A stretch of DNA of 62,939 nucleotides from Chloroflexota bacterium (GTDB lineage: Bacteria > Chloroflexota > Dehalococcoidia > JACPPY01). Shown here in pieces: positions 17,844 through 27,286 of the stretch. Each line of letters begins with the position of its first letter. Position 1 is the first letter of the stretch. The stretch is taken from NCBI GenBank assembly GCA_016190755.1, contig JACPPY010000054.1:1-62939 (forward strand). The letters run 5' to 3'. The notes beneath the pieces were generated by a model that saw only the letters and a program-made list of their open reading frames with translations, ran no database searches and was not told where the DNA came from. A program made the translations under genes and the position numbers.

Positions 17844-17865
17844 CCTCCTGTGCATGGAGTACACT
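17844..17865 (+). repeat. 22-nt direct repeat, copy 2
   Basis: TCCTCCTGTGCATGGAGTACAC (21/22 identical to copy 1, 62 nt downstream of it). Confidence 0.8.
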
Positions 17866-17902
17866 GTAAAAAAGGGTATCGCCAGGAATGGAGGAACAGG
17901 CT

Positions 17903-19123
17903 ATGGATACGGACACGGACACGGAGCAGAATTCAAGGGAGGTATACCTGGACCATGCCTCGGCCAACCCGGTGCTGCCGGAGGCATTGCAGGCCATGGC
18001 CCCCTTCTACCACTCTCTCTTCGGCAACCCTTTATCCCTCCACTCCTGGGGCAGCACCGCACGTGAGGCCATCGAGGAGGCCAGGACCAAGACTGCTGCC
18101 CTCATCGGCGCCCCATCGCAAGGGCTCCTCTTCACCTCCAGCGGCAGTGAGGCCAATAACCTAGCCATCAAGGGCATCGCCTTTGCCCGCCAGAACCAGG
18201 GCAAGCATATCGTCATCTCCGCCATCGAGCACTTCTCCGTGCTCCAGTCCTGCAAGAGGCTGGAGCGCTGGGGCTTCGAGACCACCCTGGTGCCGGTGGA
18301 CCGCTACGGTATAGTCCATACCGAGGAGCTGGTCAAGGCGCTGAGGCCGGATACCATACTGGTGTCTGTGATGCATGCCAACAACGAGATCGGGAGCATA
18401 CAGCCTATTGGTGAGCTCTCCTCGCTGGTCAAGGGACATAGCAACGCCGTGTTCCACACCGATGCCGTGGCCACAGCCGGTATCATACCGGTAAACGTCG
18501 CCGAGCTGGGTGTGGACGCACTGAGCCTGGCGGCGCAGAGGTTTTACGGCCCCAAGGGTGCCGGGGCCTTGTGGCTACGAAGGGGAGTGACCCTGGTGCC
18601 TCAGATAGATGGAGGGGTGCAGGAAGGAGGCCGGAGGGCGGGAACGGAGGATGTGCCGGCCATAGTTGGCATGGGTGTGGCGGCTGAGGCAGCCATGGTC
18701 CAGCTTAACGAGCACCTGGCACACCTGATACCGCTGAGGGACAGGCTGCTGGAGGGGATACCGGGGGCTATAGAGGATGTGGTGGTCACCGGGCATCCCA
18801 CGCAGAGGCTGCCGGACAATGTCTCATTCTGCATGCAGTTCGTGGAAGGGGAGGCTATCCTGCTGCACCTGGATGCCCATGGTGTAGCAGCCTCCAGCGG
18901 GTCTTCGTGTACCTCCAGGGCGTTGAAGGCCTCGCATGTGCTGCTGGCCACAGGGCACTCGCATGAAGTTGCGCAGGGGTCCTTGCTGTTCACTCTGGGG
19001 AAGGAGAACAGCATGGAGGATGTGGAGTACGTGATACGGACTCTGGCACCCATAGTGAGCAGGCTGCGTCGCATGTCCCCACTGTATACTAAATACCTCA
19101 AAGGCCGTGCAGCCACAGCCTGA
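17903..19123 (+). CDS. Cysteine desulfurase (NifS/IscS class V aminotransferase)
   Basis: YLDHASANP..., SGSEANNLAIKG, SAIEH, HANNEIG and a C-terminal SSGSSCTS active-site loop. GGAGGA lies 7 nt before ATG 17903. The track start at 17888 lies inside that SD. Confidence 0.93.
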   Translation: MDTDTDTEQNSREVYLDHASANPVLPEALQAMAPFYHSLFGNPLSLHSWGSTAREAIEEARTKTAALIGAPSQGLLFTSSGSEANNLAIKGIAFARQNQGKHIVISAIEHFSVLQSCKRLERWGFETTLVPVDRYGIVHTEELVKALRPDTILVSVMHANNEIGSIQPIGELSSLVKGHSNAVFHTDAVATAGIIPVNVAELGVDALSLAAQRFYGPKGAGALWLRRGVTLVPQIDGGVQEGGRRAGTEDVPAIVGMGVAAEAAMVQLNEHLAHLIPLRDRLLEGIPGAIEDVVVTGHPTQRLPDNVSFCMQFVEGEAILLHLDAHGVAASSGSSCTSRALKASHVLLATGHSHEVAQGSLLFTLGKENSMEDVEYVIRTLAPIVSRLRRMSPLYTKYLKGRAATA

Positions 19124-19274
19124 CATCGATCAGGACGCGTTGTCCGGAGCATTACCCCTGCTGCAGACCTTCAGCTTTTTACCTCTGCCTGGGATCATTT
19201 CCTCATAGACCTTTCCCCCGCGTCCTCGAGGAAGAAGGAGACACAGGGGGTAATGGTGCGTCAAATTCTATCCT

Positions 19275-19299
19275 GTAACAAAAATCCTGCTCCCGCGTT
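19275..19299 (+). promoter_or_regulatory. Candidate ECF-sigma-type promoter (GTAAC-N16-CGTT)
   Basis: TGTAAC aaaaatcctgctcccg CGTT, about 90 nt upstream of the DUF5666-like gene that precedes the ECF sigma gene. An AAC in the -35 and CGT in the -10 are the hallmarks of ECF promoters. Confidence 0.35.
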
Positions 19300-19388
19300 C
19301 CATATGTTAGAACGCCCGAGCAGTGGGCAGGCACAGGCACCCGGATCCGCCCGGCGGCGGATCGGAGAAAGTTAAGGGGGTAAATGCG

Positions 19389-20081
19389 TTGAAGAAACTG
19401 CATCTAGCTATGCCACTCTTCATATCGGCCGCAATTGTGGTGGCGGCAGCGGGTTATTCGGTAGCCCATGCCCATTCCGGCGATGCGCAGGGAACGGTGG
19501 AAAGTATCAGCGCCGATGGTTCCACCATAGTAGTGGACGGCAAAACAGTCACGATAAGCCCAGACACTAAGATCAAGGGTGACCTGACCACCGGCGCAGA
19601 GGTTAAGGTCAAATACAAGTCTCACAACCAGCAATCGCCGGTAGCCGCGCAGATAAAAGTAAAGCACGGCAAGAGCGAAGAGGAGCACGGAAAGGCGAAT
19701 GAGGAGCATGGCCAGAAGGGCCGTGTGCCGCCTGCCTGGGGCAAGAAGATGCAGGCGGAGGGGCGCCATGGAGAGGCCAATGAAGTCGAGGGGACCATAG
19801 AGAGTATCGCCGCCGACGGCTCCAGCATCGTGGTCAACGGCCAGAAGATAGCAATCACGAGTGAGACCAGGGTCGAAGGCAAGTTCAAGCAGGGCGAACA
19901 GGTAGAGGTAAAGTGCCGCATGGCAGCCGATGGTTCGCTCATAGCCGTGAAGGTTGAAGTCGAAGATGAGGACGATGACGTCCATACTGTGATGCCTACG
20001 CCCACTCCGACTGTGATCCCCACACCGACGCCCACGCCGTCGACGGCATCAATACGCACGTTGCGAGGCGTCTACTACTAG
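19389..20081 (+). CDS. Secreted protein with two DUF5666-like beta domains and a PT-rich tail
   Basis: TTG start with AAGGGGG 9 nt upstream gives MKKLHLAMPLFISAAIVVAAAGYSVAHA (signal peptide). Internal duplication GTVESISADGSTIVVDGKTVTISPDTKIKG / GTIESIAADGSSIVVNGQKIAITSETRVEG. Confidence 0.8.
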   Translation: MKKLHLAMPLFISAAIVVAAAGYSVAHAHSGDAQGTVESISADGSTIVVDGKTVTISPDTKIKGDLTTGAEVKVKYKSHNQQSPVAAQIKVKHGKSEEEHGKANEEHGQKGRVPPAWGKKMQAEGRHGEANEVEGTIESIAADGSSIVVNGQKIAITSETRVEGKFKQGEQVEVKCRMAADGSLIAVKVEVEDEDDDVHTVMPTPTPTVIPTPTPTPSTASIRTLRGVYY

Positions 20082-20283
20082 GATGACAGTTGCAGCCAAT
20101 CCGGAGATAAGTCGAGACCCTACAGAGAGGCGATGTGATAACAACGGCGAGGCGCTGGACAATTATGAGGTATAATCGCAGGGAATATCCGGCGCCTCGC
20201 CTGGCCGAAGCATCGATGTTATCCGGGGGGCCGCTCACACGTTTCACGCAGGAACACAGCAGTCAACAGGGAAACTCTCAGGG

Positions 20284-20790
20284 GTGGTGGGCAAGCTTGA
20301 TGAAGCTGCCTTCACCCGGCTTTACGATGAATACGTCGACCGCGTTTACGGGCACGTTCACTACCGGATCGGCAACCGCGCCGACGTTGAGGACATCACG
20401 CAAGAGGCCTTCATCAGGGCGTGGAAAGCGCTGGACAAGTACAAAGATACTGGGGCGCCGTTCGTAGCCTGGCTCATCACCATAGCCGACAACCTTGTGG
20501 TGGACTACTACCGGAAGCAGAAGAAACAGGAAGTACCTATCGATGAAGTTCTGGAAATGCCCGCAGCCGAAAACCTGGAGGCGCTTGCGGAGGCCAAGCT
20601 GGACGGTGCGGCGCTGAGGAATGCCGTGATGAAGCTCAAGGGCGACAAGGCCAGGGTAGTTATGATGCATTTCATAGACGGCTTCTCATATGAGGAGATA
20701 GCCAGGGCATTGAAGAAGAGCGAAGGTGCGATCAGGGTCATTCAGTACCGGGCGCTTGGCGACCTGCGCAAGATACTGGATAGGCAATAG
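20284..20790 (+). CDS. ECF-type RNA polymerase sigma-70 family factor
   Basis: 168 aa. Region 2 (DVEDITQEAFIRAWKAL..., FVAWLITIADNLVVDYYRK) and region 4 (MMHFIDGFSYEEIARALKKSEGAIRVIQYRALGDLRK). Confidence 0.92.
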   Translation: MVGKLDEAAFTRLYDEYVDRVYGHVHYRIGNRADVEDITQEAFIRAWKALDKYKDTGAPFVAWLITIADNLVVDYYRKQKKQEVPIDEVLEMPAAENLEALAEAKLDGAALRNAVMKLKGDKARVVMMHFIDGFSYEEIARALKKSEGAIRVIQYRALGDLRKILDRQ

Positions 20791-20801
20791 GTAAAGGTAT
20801 C

Positions 20802-22313
20802 ATGAGCAAGCTGAGGAAAGAGGACATACTGGCCCAGTGCCTGGTGGATATCCGGGCCGGGAAGAGCACACTTGAGGAGTGCCTGCAGCAGCACCCGGAG
20901 TACGCTGAGGAGCTGAAGTCCCTGCTTCAACTGGCGGTGGGCCTGCAGAGCACCAGGCCGGCAAGGCCGTCGGAGGAGTTCAAACGCCGGGCCCGGGCAC
21001 GTTTGGTAGAAACCATGCGCGCGGCGCGTGAGGAAACAAAGCTGGCTCCCCTGGAGCGGCTGGGCGTGCCGTCCTGGACGCGGCGACTTGCCATGCCTGC
21101 GGCAGCCGCTTTCATCGCTTTAATGGTTGTGGTGGCCGCCGGCGGAGGGACAATATATGCCGCCGGGAGTTCCCTGCCTGGCGATGCACTTTACCCGGTA
21201 AAGACGGGCGTGGAAGGCGTACGGCTGGCGCTGACCAAGGATGCTGCGTCCAGGGCTGACCTGCGTCTGGAGATAGCGGCGCAGCGCGTCCAGGAGGCTG
21301 ATGAGCAATCGCGGCGTGGCCGTAGTGTGAACGTCCGGGCACTGGCGCAGGCTTCCAAACATATGGACGAGGCCATTTCAGAGGCAGGCAAACTAACGCC
21401 GGAAAAGGCCAAGCCTGTGCTTACCCACCTTTCAATGGTCACGTTGGAGCAGCAGGTCAGGCTGGCAAAAGACCTGGAGGACGCTCCTGAGGCGGACAAG
21501 GACGCGTTGCAACAGGCGCTCGATGCCGCCCGTCGTGGCAACCTGATAGCCGAAGTGGCTTATGGCAACCCTGCCGTGCTGTCTACCTCGCCGTCGGTGG
21601 AGGATGAAGGCCTGGAGTCCTCCCATTTCAAGGTGACGGGCACACTTTCCTCAGTCGAAGGTGGCTCCTGGCGCATTGGCAATGTGGTGATAAAGGATGT
21701 TGACTCACCCAGAAACATTCCAGCGGGCACCAGGATAGCTGTTGAAGGCCTGGTCCGTGATGGGAAAGCCTTCATCAGCCGGGCCGAGGTTGACGAGAGC
21801 AAACCTGATGCCGGGCAGGGGCGTGACGACGTGGAGGTGGAAGGTGTGTTCGGTGGCACCAGTCCCGACAACAAGACCTGGACCGTCGGCGGAGTGCAGG
21901 TCAGCGGGCCATCCGGCGTCGAGCCGCCGCGCGGGGATGAGAAAAAGGTCATCAAGGGCAAAGCACACTCCGGCGGATTCACTGTTACGCAGAAAGAAGA
22001 GAGCGATCAGGACAAACAGGCCGTCATGAAGGGAGTGCTGGTCAGGGTTGATGTGCCAGCTGGCATGATAGAGTTAAATGTGGCTGGAGCAGCCAGGAAG
22101 TTGAACGTTAGTCAGGCGAATATCGTTGACGAAGATGGCCTACCTCTTACGGTTGGTCAACTGGAGTCGCTGTCGGGCAAAGGTGTGAAAGTTGAGGCCT
22201 CGGGCGTATATTCCAGCGGCAACGTGTGGTACGCCAGACAGGCACGTGTGGATGTGGAGACTGGATCGCTCAAAGCCAAAGACATCGGCAAAAAGCACTC
22301 CGGCGGAAACTAA
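20802..22313 (+). CDS. Putative anti-sigma factor, single-pass membrane protein with DUF5667/DUF5666-like extracytoplasmic domains
   Basis: 11 nt downstream of the sigma gene. N-terminal cytoplasmic helix bundle, TM segment AAAAFIALMVVVAAGGG, then PGDALYPVKTGVEGVRL (DUF5667-like, from memory). Confidence 0.75.
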   Translation: MSKLRKEDILAQCLVDIRAGKSTLEECLQQHPEYAEELKSLLQLAVGLQSTRPARPSEEFKRRARARLVETMRAAREETKLAPLERLGVPSWTRRLAMPAAAAFIALMVVVAAGGGTIYAAGSSLPGDALYPVKTGVEGVRLALTKDAASRADLRLEIAAQRVQEADEQSRRGRSVNVRALAQASKHMDEAISEAGKLTPEKAKPVLTHLSMVTLEQQVRLAKDLEDAPEADKDALQQALDAARRGNLIAEVAYGNPAVLSTSPSVEDEGLESSHFKVTGTLSSVEGGSWRIGNVVIKDVDSPRNIPAGTRIAVEGLVRDGKAFISRAEVDESKPDAGQGRDDVEVEGVFGGTSPDNKTWTVGGVQVSGPSGVEPPRGDEKKVIKGKAHSGGFTVTQKEESDQDKQAVMKGVLVRVDVPAGMIELNVAGAARKLNVSQANIVDEDGLPLTVGQLESLSGKGVKVEASGVYSSGNVWYARQARVDVETGSLKAKDIGKKHSGGN

Positions 22314-22390
22314 ACCATAACAAATGTAAGCCCCGCTGGCCCCTTGGCCGAAGGGCCGTTGGCCACTACGATAGTGAACAAAGAACGTAG

Positions 22391-22412
22391 GGGCGGACCG
22401 CTGTGTCCGCCC
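22391..22412. terminator. Hairpin between convergent genes (anti-sigma gene and lspA)
   Basis: GGGCGGAC-cgctgt-GTCCGCCC. Confidence 0.5.
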
Positions 22413-22443
22413 GGGGTGGGACTTCCAGGCTGCCGGAATCCGG

Positions 22444-23016
22444 CTAATGAGGTGTGGAGGTTGGAGGAGTCTGGCGGGACTGCTGCCTTTCCATCAGCAG
22501 CACGGCGATGGCCAACACGATAACGCCGACCGTTATCGCGGAGTCGGCGACGTTGAACGTGTAGAAACGGAATCCGTGCTCCGGCCCGATGTCAATGAAA
22601 TCTGTGACATATCCCAGCCGGGCACGGTCTATGAGGTTCCCGATGCTGCCGCCCAGCAGTAGCCCGATAGCTGCGCTGCCCCAGCCGCTGCGCAAGGGCC
22701 TGTGCCGCAGGAAGAAGAGGAGTGCCCCTACCGCCACCACGCTGATGATGGTGAGTATCGCCGTCTGGTTGGCGAACAGGCCGAAGGCGGAGCCGGTATT
22801 TAAAACATGCGTAAGGCGGAAGAAGCCATTCTCGGGCATGGACTCCCAGGGATGAAGGTTGGCCCGTATCCAGTACTTGCTCAACTGGTCAGCCAGGACA
22901 ATAAGAGCGGCGAGCGCAAGAGAGAACCATACGAGTGCACGCCTCTGCGGCGCGGCCTCTCGCGATGGCTGTTCTACCATGGTCTTGCTGGTCTCAGCGG
23001 CTGAATCAGTGGTCAA
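22444..23016 (-). CDS. lspA: Lipoprotein signal peptidase (signal peptidase II)
   Basis: 190 aa. LADQLSKYW..., NTGSAFG, IGNLIDR and FNVADS motifs. Confidence 0.92.
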   Translation of the reverse strand: MTTDSAAETSKTMVEQPSREAAPQRRALVWFSLALAALIVLADQLSKYWIRANLHPWESMPENGFFRLTHVLNTGSAFGLFANQTAILTIISVVAVGALLFFLRHRPLRSGWGSAAIGLLLGGSIGNLIDRARLGYVTDFIDIGPEHGFRFYTFNVADSAITVGVIVLAIAVLLMERQQSRQTPPTSTPH

Positions 23017-23029
23017 AGTAGACTACCCT

Positions 23030-23404
23030 TTATCTGCGGGCTCTGCTCCGTGCTTCCCTGTCCTTGGCGGCCTTGCACTTGAGGCAAAGCCGTGCCATGG
23101 GCAGGGCCTCCAACCGTTCTGGTGGAATCGGCTGGTTGCACAGGTCGCACATTCCGTACGTCCCTTCGGCGAGCTTTTGGAGGGCGTGGTCCACCCTACC
23201 CATCTGCTCGATGAGTCTACTCTCCAGGGCCAGCCTGTTTTCCCTCTCTGTGGTTTCGCTGGCCTCGTCCTCCCTTTTGCCGAAAGGACTGCCCTCGCGC
23301 CACTCGTCAGGAGGGGGCGCGCCTTTTTTGAGTTCGGCCAGTTCCGTCTCCAGCCGCTGTTTTTCCTTTTCGAGTATCTGCCGGACGGCTGCCTGATCGA
23401 CCAT
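23030..23404 (-). CDS. DksA/TraR-family C4 zinc-finger protein
   Basis: Coiled-coil N-terminus, then YGMCDLCNQPIPPERLEALPMARLCLKC. AAGGAG lies 6 nt upstream of ATG 23404. Confidence 0.85.
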   Translation of the reverse strand: MVDQAAVRQILEKEKQRLETELAELKKGAPPPDEWREGSPFGKREDEASETTERENRLALESRLIEQMGRVDHALQKLAEGTYGMCDLCNQPIPPERLEALPMARLCLKCKAAKDREARSRARR

Positions 23405-23546
23405 CGAAAGCTCCTTGCGCCGTATGCACCGACCCGGTTGCAGAGATATCATGAAAGGCGAATCGCACGCGGGATGTGCTTGGCTGAGGACTGGTTCAAG
23501 TTTAACACGTTACTGATGCGAACTCAAACCGGTTACCCAATAGCAA

Positions 23547-23604
23547 AACATGACACACCCCGAATTTCACGGGAGCACGGTGTAGGTTCGGGGTGTGTCA
23601 TGTT
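23547..23604. repeat. 58-nt palindromic (REP/MITE-like) hairpin element, intact copy 1
   Basis: AACATGACACACCCCGAA - tttcacgggagcacggtgtagg - TTCGGGGTGTGTCATGTT. The inverted arms are a perfect 18 bp. It lies 32 nt downstream of the dnaK stop. Confidence 0.85.
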
Positions 23605-23635
23605 GGTCTCAGTCTTGCCTGAGGGCTGAGGCCGG

Positions 23636-25552
23636 TTAGACCTCGCGGAACTCGCCCTCTACGGTACCCTCTTCGCCGGGGCCTTTCTGCTGCGGCCCTG
23701 CGCCTGGGGCTCCCTGCTGGGGCCCTCCGGCTCCGGGTCCTGCGCCAGGCCCGCCGCCGTAGACGGATGCCCCCACCTTCTGCAGTGCGTTCGACAGGTC
23801 CTGCGCCACGCGCTTTATGCGGTCGGCATCCTGGCCCTGAAGCGCCGTGCGCACCTCGCCTATTTTGGCCTCGACTTCCTGCTTGACGTTGGCCGGGACC
23901 TTATCGCCTAGGTCGCGCAATGTCTTCTCGGCGGAGTACGCCAGGTTGTCGGCCTGGTTCCGGACTTCGGCCATTTCCTTCTTCTGCTTGTCCTCGGCGG
24001 CATGAGACTCGGCCTCATGGGTCATCTTCTCGACTTCCGGCTTGCTCAGGCCGCTGGTGCCGGTAATGGTTATCTTCTGCTCCTTGCCGGTGCCTTTGTC
24101 CTGCGCCCTGACGCTCAGTATGCCGTTGGCGTCGATGTCGAACGAGACCTCGACCTGCGGTATGCCGCGCGGCGCAGGCAGTATGCCGTCCAGTATGAAC
24201 CGTCCGAGCGTGCGGTTATCCGACGCCATCGACCGCTCACCCTGAAGAACATGTATCTCCACGCTGGTCTGCCCGTCCGTAGCCGTGCTGAATACCTGGC
24301 TCTTGGATGTCGGTATGGTGGTGTTGCGGGTAATGAGAGGCGTCATCACGCCGCCGAGCGTCTCGATACCGAGCGTCAGCGGAGTGACGTCCAGGAGCAA
24401 TACCTCCTTGACCTCGCCCTTGAGAACACCGCCCTGTATGGCCGCACCGAGTGCCACTGCTTCGTCCGGGTTGACGCTCTTGTTCGGCTCTTTGCCGAAA
24501 AAACCGCGGACAACCTCATGCACCTTGGGCATGCGCGTCTGGCCGCCTACCATCAAGACCTCGTTCACCTGAGAGGTCGAGAGGTTCGCGTCGGACAGCG
24601 CCTGCTTCATCGGAGGCAGCGTCTTCTCGATCAGGTCCATGGTAAGCTGCTCCAGCTTGGCCCGCGTAAGGGTCAGGTTCAGGTGCTTGGGCCCGCTGGC
24701 GTCTGCCGTGACGAATGGCAAGTTGATGTCGGTCTGCTGGACCTGGGAGAGCTCTCGCTTGGCCTTCTCGGCGGCATCCTTGAGCCTTTGCAAGGCCATA
24801 CGGTCTTGCTTCAGGTCTATGCCGTTTTCCTTCTTGAACTCCGCGACTATCCAATCGATTACTCGCTCGTCGAAGTCATCGCCTCCCAGGTGGGTGTCGC
24901 CGTTTGTGGACTTCACCTGGAAGGTGCCCTCTCCGATCTCCAGTATGGAGTTATCGTAGGTGCCGCCGCCCAGGTCGTACACGGCGATGGTCTCCTCACG
25001 CTTCTTGTCCATTCCGTAGGCCAGCGCGGATGCCGTAGGCTCATTGATGATGCGTATGACGTTCAGGCCCGCGATCTGGCCGGCGTCCTTGGTCGCCGTC
25101 CGCTGGCTGTCGTTGAAGTAGGCCGGCACTGTGATGACGGCGTCGGTCACTTTTTCGCCCAGGTACGCCTCGGCGTCAACCTTGAGCTTCTGAAGTATCA
25201 TGGCCGAGACCTCCGGCGGGCTGTACGGCTTGCCGCCCATCATGACGCGCACATCCCCGTTAGGCCCTTCCGTGACCTTGTACGGCACGCGCTTCATGTC
25301 GAACTGCACGGACGGCTCGTTGAACCTCCGGCCCATGAAGCGTTTTATGCTGTAGATTGTGTTTTCTGGATTGACGATTGCCTGGCGCTTTGCTAACTGC
25401 CCCGCCAGTCTCTCCCCAGTCTTGCTTATGGCTACTACGGATGGCGTGAGTCTCTCGCCTTCAGCATTAGGGATTATGGTCGGCTCGCCGCCTTCCATGA
25501 CTGCAATAAGGCTAAAAGTAGTGCCAAGGTCAATGCCCACTGCTCTTCCCAT
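23636..25552 (-). CDS. dnaK: Molecular chaperone DnaK (Hsp70)
   Basis: 638 aa. [17 protein letters not shown] and the [15 protein letters not shown] signatures. Confidence 0.99.
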   Translation of the reverse strand: MGRAVGIDLGTTFSLIAVMEGGEPTIIPNAEGERLTPSVVAISKTGERLAGQLAKRQAIVNPENTIYSIKRFMGRRFNEPSVQFDMKRVPYKVTEGPNGDVRVMMGGKPYSPPEVSAMILQKLKVDAEAYLGEKVTDAVITVPAYFNDSQRTATKDAGQIAGLNVIRIINEPTASALAYGMDKKREETIAVYDLGGGTYDNSILEIGEGTFQVKSTNGDTHLGGDDFDERVIDWIVAEFKKENGIDLKQDRMALQRLKDAAEKAKRELSQVQQTDINLPFVTADASGPKHLNLTLTRAKLEQLTMDLIEKTLPPMKQALSDANLSTSQVNEVLMVGGQTRMPKVHEVVRGFFGKEPNKSVNPDEAVALGAAIQGGVLKGEVKEVLLLDVTPLTLGIETLGGVMTPLITRNTTIPTSKSQVFSTATDGQTSVEIHVLQGERSMASDNRTLGRFILDGILPAPRGIPQVEVSFDIDANGILSVRAQDKGTGKEQKITITGTSGLSKPEVEKMTHEAESHAAEDKQKKEMAEVRNQADNLAYSAEKTLRDLGDKVPANVKQEVEAKIGEVRTALQGQDADRIKRVAQDLSNALQKVGASVYGGGPGAGPGAGGPQQGAPGAGPQQKGPGEEGTVEGEFREV

Positions 25553-25608
25553 AGGTTATCTCCTTCTAACTGACTTACAGGGCCGATAATGGCTCTGATT
25601 CGCTTTGC

Positions 25609-26178
25609 CTATTTTATTCCTGTTCCGTTTCCTGTTTTGCCTTTACCCACGACTACCAGCGCCGGGCGCAGCACACGGCCACAGAACTTGTACCCTTTCT
25701 GCGTCTCGTGCAGCACCACGTCCTCCTCGCGGTCTTCCTCGTACCCCACAGCCTCCATGAGGTGCGGGTCGAAGGGCTTGCCCTCCGCTTCTATCTCCTC
25801 CAGGCCCTGGCCCACCAGTGTGTTCTTGAGCTTGCGATAGATCAACCGAAACCCCTCGACCCAGGCATGCTCCTCAGGGTCAGGGGGGAGCTTACGGAAC
25901 GCACGCTCCATATCATCTATGGCAGGAAGGACCTTCAGCGTCAGTGCCGAGTTGGCGGACACCGTCGTTTCGCTCTTCTCCTGCTCGGTGCGGCGCTTAT
26001 AGTTTATGAAATCAGCCTGGGCCCGCTGCCACGAGGCCAGGTACTGCTCGGCCTTAGCCTTCTCGTCTGCCAGAGCCTGGCGCAGCGTTTCGACCGACTC
26101 CTCGGCTACGCCCTCGTCGGTCTGGTTAAGTTCGTCTCCGTTGGCTGGCAAGGTTGCACCTCTAGTACTGTCGCTCAC
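25609..26178 (-). CDS. grpE: Nucleotide exchange factor GrpE
   Basis: 189 aa. ...WQRAQADFINYKRRTEQE... and a C-terminal beta domain. Lies between hrcA and dnaK. Confidence 0.95.
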   Translation of the reverse strand: MSDSTRGATLPANGDELNQTDEGVAEESVETLRQALADEKAKAEQYLASWQRAQADFINYKRRTEQEKSETTVSANSALTLKVLPAIDDMERAFRKLPPDPEEHAWVEGFRLIYRKLKNTLVGQGLEEIEAEGKPFDPHLMEAVGYEEDREEDVVLHETQKGYKFCGRVLRPALVVVGKGKTGNGTGIK

Positions 26179-26202
26179 AGGCGACTGCCCCGGCTATTCT
26201 TC

Positions 26203-27255
26203 TTACCCCGTCTCCGCGCCCCTGTCCGCACGGCCTTCATAGATCTCCGCAGAAAGCTGGCCAAGTAGCGCCGCCAGGAAACGCACCGCCGAGATGGAAC
26301 GTGAGTACTGCATGCGGCGTGGCCCCACCACGCCGATAACTCCGCTGAACTCGTCGGGTATGCCATAGGCGGTCACAATCAAGCTCAGGTCTTTCAGCGC
26401 CTCCTCCTGGTTTTCCTGGCCAATTACTACGTTAACATCCTTGCCGTGCTTCTGCGCAAGCACCGACTTCGCCAGCGCCTTTTTCTCCAGCATGTCTACC
26501 AGTTCCAGAGCCCTGCCGGAGTGCACGAATTCAGGCTGCGCCAGCAGGTTACGCAGGCCCTCAAAGTACGGCTGCTCGTATTCCTGCTCATCTTCCGCGG
26601 CCATCATGCCGGTTACTGCCTTTGATACCCGGTCCGCCAGCGCCGGCAACGGCTTCGAGCGCATATCTATCTGGCCCCTGGTCCGGCCCTCGTACATAGC
26701 ATTCAGCCTGTTGGATATCTTATCCAGGTCATCCTGGATCACCGGCTGATCGAAGGTGATAAGCTGCCGCCTCAGGCGGCCGTTCAGCAGTATGAGTATC
26801 AGCAGGGCAACCTGGCTCTGCACGGCTATTAGCTGCAACCTCTTTAGCCTGGCTTTGGGCGCCTTGGGCGGCACTACCATCGCCGCGTTCTGGACAAGCT
26901 GCGCCAGCAGGAGTGCAGCCAACCCTACCCACTGCTCAAGCTCGTTCTCCACCTGGTGGAACATATGCCGTATGAGGCGTTGCTCGTCAAGAGATAGGTC
27001 TTTGTTCTCCAGGAGAGAGTTTACATAATACCGATAGCCCCTGTCCGAGGGGACGCTTCCGGCGGAGGTATGCGGCTGCATGAGGAAGCCTTCGTCCTTG
27101 AGCCATGCTATCTCATTGCGCACCGTGGCCGGGCTTACGCCCAAACTGCGATGCCTGAGGACGTCGGCCGAGGCAATTGGCGTCCCGCTGCGCGCGAATT
27201 CGTCAATTACTACCCTGAGAATCTCTTCTTTGCGAGAGTTCAACCGCCGTTCCAT
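26203..27255 (-). CDS. hrcA: Heat-inducible transcription repressor HrcA
   Basis: 350 aa. The N-terminal wHTH RKEEILRVVIDEFARSGTPIASADV... is typical HrcA. First gene of the hrcA-grpE-dnaK operon. Confidence 0.95.
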   Translation of the reverse strand: MERRLNSRKEEILRVVIDEFARSGTPIASADVLRHRSLGVSPATVRNEIAWLKDEGFLMQPHTSAGSVPSDRGYRYYVNSLLENKDLSLDEQRLIRHMFHQVENELEQWVGLAALLLAQLVQNAAMVVPPKAPKARLKRLQLIAVQSQVALLILILLNGRLRRQLITFDQPVIQDDLDKISNRLNAMYEGRTRGQIDMRSKPLPALADRVSKAVTGMMAAEDEQEYEQPYFEGLRNLLAQPEFVHSGRALELVDMLEKKALAKSVLAQKHGKDVNVVIGQENQEEALKDLSLIVTAYGIPDEFSGVIGVVGPRRMQYSRSISAVRFLAALLGQLSAEIYEGRADRGAETG

Positions 27256-27286
27256 GTGAGTGACCGCCGCCGTTCCCGGCTACCAA

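Noticed and set aside
19990-20045. Short tandem-looking repeats (CCGAC/CCCAC... encoding PTPTPT). Similar P/A/S/T-rich stretches occur at 35770-35880, 38530-38690 and 43850-43975. I considered them as possible CRISPR or satellite repeats.
   Set aside because: They lie inside ORFs and encode low-complexity linkers of secreted or lipoproteins. There is no repeat-spacer periodicity, so they are not CRISPR arrays.
24002-25396. Long ORFs antisense to well-supported genes. Examples: 24002..25396 opposite dnaK; 52116..53102 opposite pheS; 42343..43290 opposite the selenoprotein pair; 50770..51654 opposite infC-rpmI; 28718..29527 opposite secA; 59284..59862 and 59908..60435 opposite the GalT-like gene.
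   Set aside because: Their translations are Arg/Leu/Gly/His-rich, motif-free shadows typical of GC-rich coding DNA. The opposite strand carries unmistakable conserved proteins in each case.
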